A stretch of 64,000 nt of DNA from an uncultured Planctomycetota bacterium. Lineage in GTDB: Bacteria; Planctomycetota; Planctomycetia; Isosphaerales; Isosphaeraceae. Positions within the stretch are counted from its first letter, which is position 1; each line of letters starts with the position of its first letter. The translations under genes and the position numbers were made by a program. Positions 57,007 to 64,000 of this stretch are shown here, one piece after another. The notes under the pieces were generated by a model. That model made no database searches. It saw only the letters and a list, made by a program, of their open reading frames with translations, and had not been told where the DNA came from. The stretch lies in NCBI GenBank assembly GCA_963823665.1, contig CAWGMQ010000010.1, positions 736,001 through 800,000 on the forward strand. The letters are read 5' to 3'.

Positions 57007-60000
57007 TCATCGAGCGCGACGCTGCGCAGGCTCGGCCGGCATTCGAGTTCTGGCAATTTCCTTTCGCCGGCGTCGCCGGTCTTGCGAAAACAGGGATTTC
57101 AGGCGTGGCAGGTGATCTTTCTGCACACCTTCTTCCACGTCAATTAGCTGGGCGCGAAGCTTGTCTGCGGCAGATGTATTCGGGCTGCGCTTGATCGAAC
57201 GGGGCGCGAATTTCGTCCATCCATGGATTAATGTTTCACAGAACTCCGTGATGCCGGGCGTTTCGAAGTGCCGCCACAGGTCGGCGGTCTCGTTATTGCT
57301 CTTCCAGGCGCTCAGACGATTGCTTTCGCCGGCGCGGCCGACGTTTTTTTCGAAGAACAGGAACGCGGTCAGGAACCGTAGCCAGAGCGATTCCACCTCC
57401 TCCCAGCGGATGTCATCGTTCCAACAGAGGTCGACGACGTCGCCGAGTGCCCGCAGACCCTGCTGGATCGAAGTGTCGGTGGGCGAGTCGACGGGAGCTG
57501 GCTCTGCTCTGCGTTTCTTGTCGTCTGCCAGATGGCTTCGTTTCGCTTGCCCGCCGCCGCGCTCCCAGGCGAGGTACAACAGATTCTCGGCCTGAAGGTA
57601 GGCCTCTAACAGCCCGAGGCGCGCCCAGCGTTCTACGTCCGGCCGGCTGCGGAGGAGGGTCGACCGGGCTTGTTCGAGCGCAACAGCCGCGTGATTCAGC
57701 TTGGCCTTCACCTCGGCCTTTAGATTCTCGAACGCTGCCGCCGGACCATTGAGCCACCGCACGCTCGAGCCGGCGAGCTTCGTCAGGCGTAGATTCTTGG
57801 CGCTTTATTTCCGTCGGCGAGCAAGGCCGCGGCGAGAATGAGCGACTCGGCAGCCTGGAGCCGGATGTCCGTCAGGTCGTCGTTATCGCCAGCACCGTGT
57901 CCCGCGAAGACGGCGGCCTGAGCCTCGTCAAGGGCCCGATTGGGGAACGTTCCCTGGAGGGTGAGCAGCCGCGCTTCGAGAAGCAGTTGAGAGGAATGCA
58001 AGTGGGGGAACACGGCGGACGATAAGTCGCAAGGCATTTGCAGGATCTTACCCAGTTCTTGCGAACAGCCTTCCGCCTCCTTGATGCGAACAAGAGCGCC
58101 GGGCGGGCTGACCAGAACGTCTGGTGGCGGCCGACGCTGCCAGTTCCAGTGTTGGACCTGGCGGAGGGAGAGATCGGCCAGGGCGAGCTGGCACTCGCTT
58201 TGGATCTCGGTTGCTTCGCGGAGCTCAAGGACTTGCTGATTCGGCGTGCGTGTCTTTCTGAGCCGGCGCGAGACGCGCACGGAAATCCGGGTTGCCTTCT
58301 CGAGAGACTCTCGCGCATTCGCGAATTCGAGGCGGCCCGACAGGCAGCGGCCAATCTCTTTGTGGAGAACGGCTCGCCTGAGGAGGGTTCCGGGTCCGAA
58401 CCGCGGGCGAGCGTTGCCGCCGGCTTTTTGTGCGCTTCTCGGGGGCGCAAGCTGCTTCCTCCTGATGGCCAGCGACGTTTCGAAATCTGTCACCAGGAAG
58501 TACACGCGGGCTCGCAGCTCATGAAGCTGCCCACGCAAGTTGCGCGTGGCATCGGCGACCTGGTTTTGAGCACGGTGGCCGCCAAGGGGGGGTAGGAAAC
58601 AATCGAGCTGCGAAGCCAGGGCTCGTATCCAGACGACGACGCGGGACGGGGAGCCCATCACCAACGTGGCCGACGTTTGCTTGAGGAGCGCCCTGACCTT
58701 TCGGATCAAACGCGAACGGTCCTCACGGTTTTCGAATCCTGGCTCTCGGGAGGCCGCGACCAGGTGGTAGGCCGCCTCATAAAGGGACGGCAAACTATCC
58801 GACTGGCGGAGCAGGTCCGTGTACTCATCGGCGATCGCTTCGTGGATCTCGGCCCTGCGCACCTCGAGGACGCCACGGTCCCACAGCATCGAGCGGTAGA
58901 TGAAGTCCCGCGTTTGGTTGTGCATCCAGTAGAAGCCTCCTTCCAGGTTGATCAGCAGGCGGAACTGGTTGAGATCATTCATTATCTGGTCGAACTGCAT
59001 GTCCGCCTGCTCGCGAGAGAGGTTGCTGAAGATCTCGAATCTGTCAGCTAAATGGCGGAGGTTGATGATGCTTCGGGGGCGGCGAAACGTGGAAGCGATG
59101 GTCAAGAGTGCGCGGTACGCGGGCTCGGGGACTGCGGTCTTGGACCGAGTGTTCGCCCGACAAATCATCACTTCGTAGAGCGTATGCGTGGTCACCTCTA
59201 GCAGGCGCGGCGTGTCGCCTTCGAGTTTCTGGATTTTCATCTTCGCATCCGAGATCAGCGCTTTGACGTGCGCGTTGCGCTTCAGCTTTCCTCCCGCAAG
59301 TGCGCGTTCGAGGACTGTTGTCAGGTATGCGGACTGGCCCGCCTTGGGGGCGGCGGGCCCGACGATGTCGCATGCGATGTAGTTCAGTTGGGAGACGACG
59401 TAATCGAATAGCGGCAGGGCTTGCGGCACCACTTTGGTCGCCTCCAAGGGGGTCAGTGCGACGCAGAGCTTCGATTCGCCGAGCTGGTCCAACGCACCTG
59501 ACCCACCCTTGTTCCCCGCGATGCACCGCAGAAAAGCATAGAGCAGCAAGGATTGCCAGAGCGCCTCCTTCATGTGTGATTTGAAGCGCCGGTCGTAGAC
59601 GCTGTGTGCGAAGTCGTGGCGGCCGAATTCGCCGGCTGAGTCGAGCGACACCACATACTTGCCACGCCTCAGCGCGTAGACTAACTGATTCGCAAGGGGC
59701 CGGGCGATTTGCTCGGCGATTCCCAGGGCGTCGTCGAAGTTCTGAGCGGACGGCGCTTCTGCTTTGAGGGCGGCGAGCGCCTTCTTCCGTAGCGCCTTTT
59801 CGTGTTTCCCGGGGGGCAGGACAAGGGTCTTTGGGGTCACGCTCGTGTCATAGTGGCGAATCTGGTCGAGGAGCATGGCCACCAAAGCGCGGAGAGTCGG
59901 AATCTCCGCGAGTGCGCACCAGATGGATTGGTGCGAGGCATCGACGTTGCGGACATGCGCGGCGAGCCGCGACGTCGTGCCCGAACCGGCCTTGTAGCAA

Positions 60001-61611
60001 GCGTAGATCGTGACGCTCTGTATCAGTCGTGCCGAGTCGTCCTCTAGAACGCGCAGGGTTGGCTTCGCCGCATCGGTCGCGACACGCAAGGTCGCGGCCC
60101 CTTCGCGGCGGTGCCCGCGGTCGGGATCTTCCTCGAACGGGGGTACCATCTCGAGCGATGGGTACGGCGTTCGGCTGGCGGGATGGAGGCCCACGAGCCG
60201 CGCGTGCAACTCTCGGAGAAATAGTCCGCCGCTACGATATCTCACGACCGACACGGTGCCGCTGTTCGAAGCCAACTGCGCAGCTTGCGACACGCTGTTC
60301 GGGACGCTGTCGCGGTAGACCCACAGGATCTTCGGGACCTTCAACTTCTTGTAGTCGTGGTTCAAGGCGAGACGATCGATCAGGCTCATTACCCGTCGGT
60401 CGGCGCCGCCATAGCCAATGACCAGCACGAGCGCGTCGTTCGGGAAGTAGTCGACGAATCGCGTGAGGTTCGCCTCGTCGAGGGGCACGTCCAAGCTCTC
60501 GCCGACGCGTAACCCAAACGTGCCGCCGTGGAGCTTGACCACCGAGGGATTGTCATCGAAAAGACTCGCATCGGGAATCGGTCCGTTTTCGGGCAATTCG
60601 AAGACGGCAGGGTCGATCATCTGCGCGGAGAGACTGCTCGATCCGTGTGTCAAAATTGGTCGTCAGCCAGAGATTCCAGCGAAGGCTTTCCGTCAGCAGA
60701 GCGAGAATCTGGTAACCGGGCGACGGCAGGCCGTTGCGGACGAGTTGATCAAACAGCGAGTCGGCGAGCGCCGGGTTACCCAAGGTGAGCATGCGCATGA
60801 GCGCCCGCCAGTCGACTCGAAGTTTCCGCAGTGCGCTCGCACGCAGATTGTTCAGCCGGCCGACGATCGTCAGTTCGGTGGACGGGCCGTCGCGTTGTTC
60901 GGACGCATCGATGCGGGTCCCGGCGGTCTCCGGCGGCCCGACCATCGCATTCGATCGGACCGATCGATGGTCTGGCTTGTGATGCTGATATTGCTTGATC
61001 ACTTCGATTAGCGCGTCTTCCATCGCTTCGAACGCGCCGCCCTTGGGGCATCCTTCGTGTGGGGTCTGGGTTGTGAAGACGCCGGTCAGCGCCGGCTGTT
61101 CCCGCTGCAGGTAGTCGTTGATCACCTGGAGCCGGACGCCGCCCAGGGGGTTGCCTGCAGGTTCGGCGAACTGCTTCTGGAACGAGTTGGACGATTTTTC
61201 ATGCGTCCAGTTGGCCAGTGAGCTCGGGTCATTGTGGTATACCGTCAGCAGTTCGGTGTTAAGCAGGTGCAGGTCGGGCCAGCCGGCCTCGAGGAGGTAG
61301 TCGTGGTAGATCGAAAGGGAGGCCGATTCCGCGCTCGGCCCATCGGCATTTTGTCCTTTCTGATTCAAACTTCGCCGGCGCTTCACGTCGATCATCGTCT
61401 TTACCTTGGCGAAGTAGTCGATGAGCATCTCCGTCGTCGGAATACCGGACTCGACCGAGAGTCCGGCCCCGACGAGAGGGACAATCGGCACTCCCTTGCG
61501 TAGCGCGATCGTGATCTGCTCGAAAGCCTCGAGCGGGGTCAGCCTGCGGTAATGAGTGCGCTCACGTTCCTTGTCGCCTGAACGTGCGCGTTGTTGCCGC
61601 GATTCGCCCAT
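57007..61611 (-). CDS. Large SIR2-like (SIR2_2) protein with degenerate STAND-like NTPase, winged helix and helical repeats; indels at ~60620 and ~57790
   Basis: VPLVGAGLSVESGIPT, LTTNFD, VKLHG, LVIGYGGAD; AGSGTTS (Walker A-like), VVSLDS; YWMHNQTRDF; EAAYHL. Confidence 0.8.
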
Positions 61612-61667
61612 AGGATTGCCCTCGGAGAGTACGGCGGGCAGGTTTCGCTTATTCGTCGACTCCGTTC

Positions 61668-62381
61668 TTACTTGCTACCGTCGCGCCACACGCCGTCGCG
61701 ACCGAGGCTCTGGTTGGGCCGGAAGCTCGCCTTGTATTTTAGCGACGGCGAGAGGTCTCCGTGATAGCCGAGATAGACGTGAGGCAGATTGAGCGCCCTG
61801 GCCCGGTCGAGGAGACAGAGCACGTTCCAGATTCCGAGCGAGCGGTCGGCGTGACTGGGGTCGCGAACGAAATAGATCGCCGAAAGGCCACCCGGCAGCT
61901 CATCAACGTAACCGACTCCGACGAGCGCGTCGTCAAGGAAATAACACCACTCTTGCGTGGGGAAGGGGTTCAAGACGAAGCTGCTGGCGAAATCCTTCAA
62001 GTCGCCGGGAGCGTAGGCTGGCCAGCGTCTTGTTTGGGACCGATCGGCGTGGAATCGGTCGAACAGCGTGACCTTTTCGGACGTCACTGCCGGCGTGCCG
62101 ATCTGGAAGCGGACGACCCCCTGGTTCGCCTGTCGAGTTCGGCGCTGACTGCGGTCGGGCCGGAAGCGGGCGGCATCCACTCGCAGCGAGCGGCAGGCCC
62201 CGCTGCCTGAGCAAGTCTGCCGGAAAACCGTGTGACCGAACCGCCGCCAGCCCGCGAGCAGGTGCGCCATATACTCGCTGGGGTCCAGCCTCGATACCCA
62301 CAGATATTCACGCTCGCAAGTGTGGTCAGGCTGATAGGGGCACGGGCTCGCGGGCTCGGTAAAGCGGCTGATGGTCTCCAT
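61668..62381 (-). CDS. Arginyl-tRNA--protein transferase family (ATE/Bpt)
   Basis: CPY, GWRRFG, C..C.SLRV, RSQRR, LSAIYF, SLG, YLGY, YKASFRP. Confidence 0.9.
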   Translation of the reverse strand: METISRFTEPASPCPYQPDHTCEREYLWVSRLDPSEYMAHLLAGWRRFGHTVFRQTCSGSGACRSLRVDAARFRPDRSQRRTRQANQGVVRFQIGTPAVTSEKVTLFDRFHADRSQTRRWPAYAPGDLKDFASSFVLNPFPTQEWCYFLDDALVGVGYVDELPGGLSAIYFVRDPSHADRSLGIWNVLCLLDRARALNLPHVYLGYHGDLSPSLKYKASFRPNQSLGRDGVWRDGSK

Positions 62382-62452
62382 GACGAATTTCCCAAGCGCA
62401 GAAGGAACCGTCGCGTCGACGACGAGAACCCCCGGAGGAATGACGCAACAGC

Positions 62453-63169
62453 TCAGAACCATTCGTTCTTAGGTACGTTATAAGGATCGTCGTCGTCGTC
62501 GAACTCATCCGCGTCGAGCGCATCGGCTGAGTCAAATTCACCCTCGATGTCGGCAGCGGAAGCTTCGATCAAGAAGTGCCCGCCCGCAGCCTGGATCCGC
62601 TGCATGATGGCCGCGGCCTCTGCGGACGATTCATGCGGGCCCTGAACATAGAACGGCTTGCCGTTGCGTCCGAACGTGAATTGTTCGGGGCAGGCCGAGG
62701 GATCGATCCCGGCCAGCAGTCTCGCTGCATGGCGGTAGTCGGGGTGGGGCGGCAGGCCGAACGATCCGGCGTAGTCGACGGCTCCCTGCACAATCTTCAC
62801 GAGACAGGCGGGAGCAATGGCAGTCACCTTCTGCGTTTCGTTCATTCGCCCAACCAAGTCGTCGAAGTCTTGCTGCGTGCCTGCTTTCCAGAACGCATTT
62901 TTCACTCCAAGGCAATGCACATCCACGAGGAAAACGGCGAAGACAAGCTGTCCTTCGGACTCGCGCCGGGCGATCGCCAGGGACCCGATCCCGCCCTTCC
63001 AGATGTTGGTCGAGACTACCGCCGTTGTCACGGGCCATTTCTCGGCTGATTGAAGGCGGACATTGGGGTCGATCGAGCTGCGCATTTGCAACTTGGAACG
63101 CTTTGCTGCGCGCTTGGCCTTTTGTTTCGCGACTCGCTTCTGCTGCCGCGCTCCGTGATTACCGGCCAT
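62453..63169 (-). CDS. Conserved hypothetical protein
   Basis: Basic N-terminus; FLVDVHCLGVKNA, PHPDY, FGRNGKPFYVQGP; RBS GGAGG. Confidence 0.75.
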   Translation of the reverse strand: MAGNHGARQQKRVAKQKAKRAAKRSKLQMRSSIDPNVRLQSAEKWPVTTAVVSTNIWKGGIGSLAIARRESEGQLVFAVFLVDVHCLGVKNAFWKAGTQQDFDDLVGRMNETQKVTAIAPACLVKIVQGAVDYAGSFGLPPHPDYRHAARLLAGIDPSACPEQFTFGRNGKPFYVQGPHESSAEAAAIMQRIQAAGGHFLIEASAADIEGEFDSADALDADEFDDDDDPYNVPKNEWF

Positions 63170-63384
63170 TTCCGAGCCTCCTCCTGATTTTGTCGACGTG
63201 GCACGTCATTTCCGATTGAACTTGAGCAGCTCGAAGACGAGAGCCGCCGTGGCACCGCAGGCGAACAGCGAGGACGCCCATTGCGGTGAAAGCGACGTGA
63301 TGATACCAAAAGACGCACGCACTCGTGAACCCTCACCGAGGCCGAGGCGGCGGTCAGCGTCGATTATCCGGGGAGCGTACCGGT

Positions 63385-64000
63385 CTACGAAGTAGGATCC
63401 GGGTAAGCAATCGACCGAGGCTGGGCGAGGTGCCGCTCCGCCGAAGGGATCGAAGCGATGGTTGGTAGTTTACTCGCGCGGCCGGCCAGGTTTTGGAACG
63501 TGATGGATGTTTGGTAGTTGGTCCCAGACTCGCCCGCGCCTGCTCCATCCAGGAGAACGCCCGAGGCACCTCTCAATCCCGATGGTGACTCGCCGTTGAC
63601 GGTCAGAGTGTAGCGCTTGTGGATGTTGAGTCGCCCCGCCGGTATGAGCGTCACGGTGTGAGATGCGGAGTCGTAAATGGCTTTTCGGACGACGATCCGG
63701 TCCCCCGCCTTGCTGCGCCGGCGACTCGGGCCAGCGATCGCGTAATTCGCCGCGTTCTCCGCTGAAACGGCCTCGAGCGGGCTGTTGAAGTAGAGGTCCA
63801 GAAACGTGGGCTGCCAGTGGAAGCCGTAGCGATTCACTCGCTTGACTTGCGGGCCGTCTGTCGTGACGACAAGCGACGACGAGCTTGAGGACGAGAGATT
63901 CCCACCGTTGGAGAAAACGGCGCTGAAGGAGTGTGATCCCGCGGACAACGATCCGATCGTCAGCGTCGCGAATCCGTTCGTGACCGGTTCCGTGCCGAGA
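63385..64000 (-). CDS. C-terminal end of a large surface protein (Ig-like domain plus planctomycete-type C-terminal domain); truncated by the window edge
   Basis: LSAGSHSFSAVFS; GPQV..RYGFHWQPT.L.L.F..PL..A.N..NY. Confidence 0.75.
   Translation of the reverse strand, partial: LGTEPVTNGFATLTIGSLSAGSHSFSAVFSNGGNLSSSSSSSLVVTTDGPQVKRVNRYGFHWQPTFLDLYFNSPLEAVSAENAANYAIAGPSRRRSKAGDRIVVRKAIYDSASHTVTLIPAGRLNIHKRYTLTVNGESPSGLRGASGVLLDGAGAGESGTNYQTSITFQNLAGRASKLPTIASIPSAERHLAQPRSIAYPDPTS

Overview
GC-rich bacterial DNA, very probably from a planctomycete of the Isosphaeraceae type. The support is 'LExRxLL' export motifs, a DUF1559 prepilin-like gene, PEP-CTERM proteins and expanded Ser/Thr kinase-TPR/WD40 genes; this is inference, not a search result. 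Many genes, including conserved ones (treS, otsB), are broken by single-base indels, several at homopolymers, so most frameshifts are probably long-read assembly errors. The left ~17 kb is an accessory conflict/defence-like region. It holds a PNP/nucleosidase effector gene apparently linked to an NB-ARC/Zn-ribbon/beta-rich gene by a canonical -1 ribosomal frameshift signal (A_AAC_CCT, 6-nt spacer, perfect 11-bp stem), a small membrane protein, a ~1200-aa tubulin-like protein, an MGE-type ATPase with a partner gene, a repeat-flanked kinase-TPR gene and a DUF4062-NB-ARC-TPR gene. The middle holds trehalose genes (otsB, treS-maltokinase), a Gfo/Idh/MocA oxidoreductase, a 2300-aa surface protein with a C39-like peptidase domain, a CBS/CorC protein, TlpA, DUF1559 and an amidase. 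The right part holds kinase-WD40 and WD40 genes around comM, with several duplicated gene-fragment scars, then a PAS histidine kinase, an SGNH hydrolase, a ~1500-aa SIR2-degenerate STAND protein and an arginyl-transferase. No rRNA, tRNA, CRISPR array, integrase or transposase was recognised.
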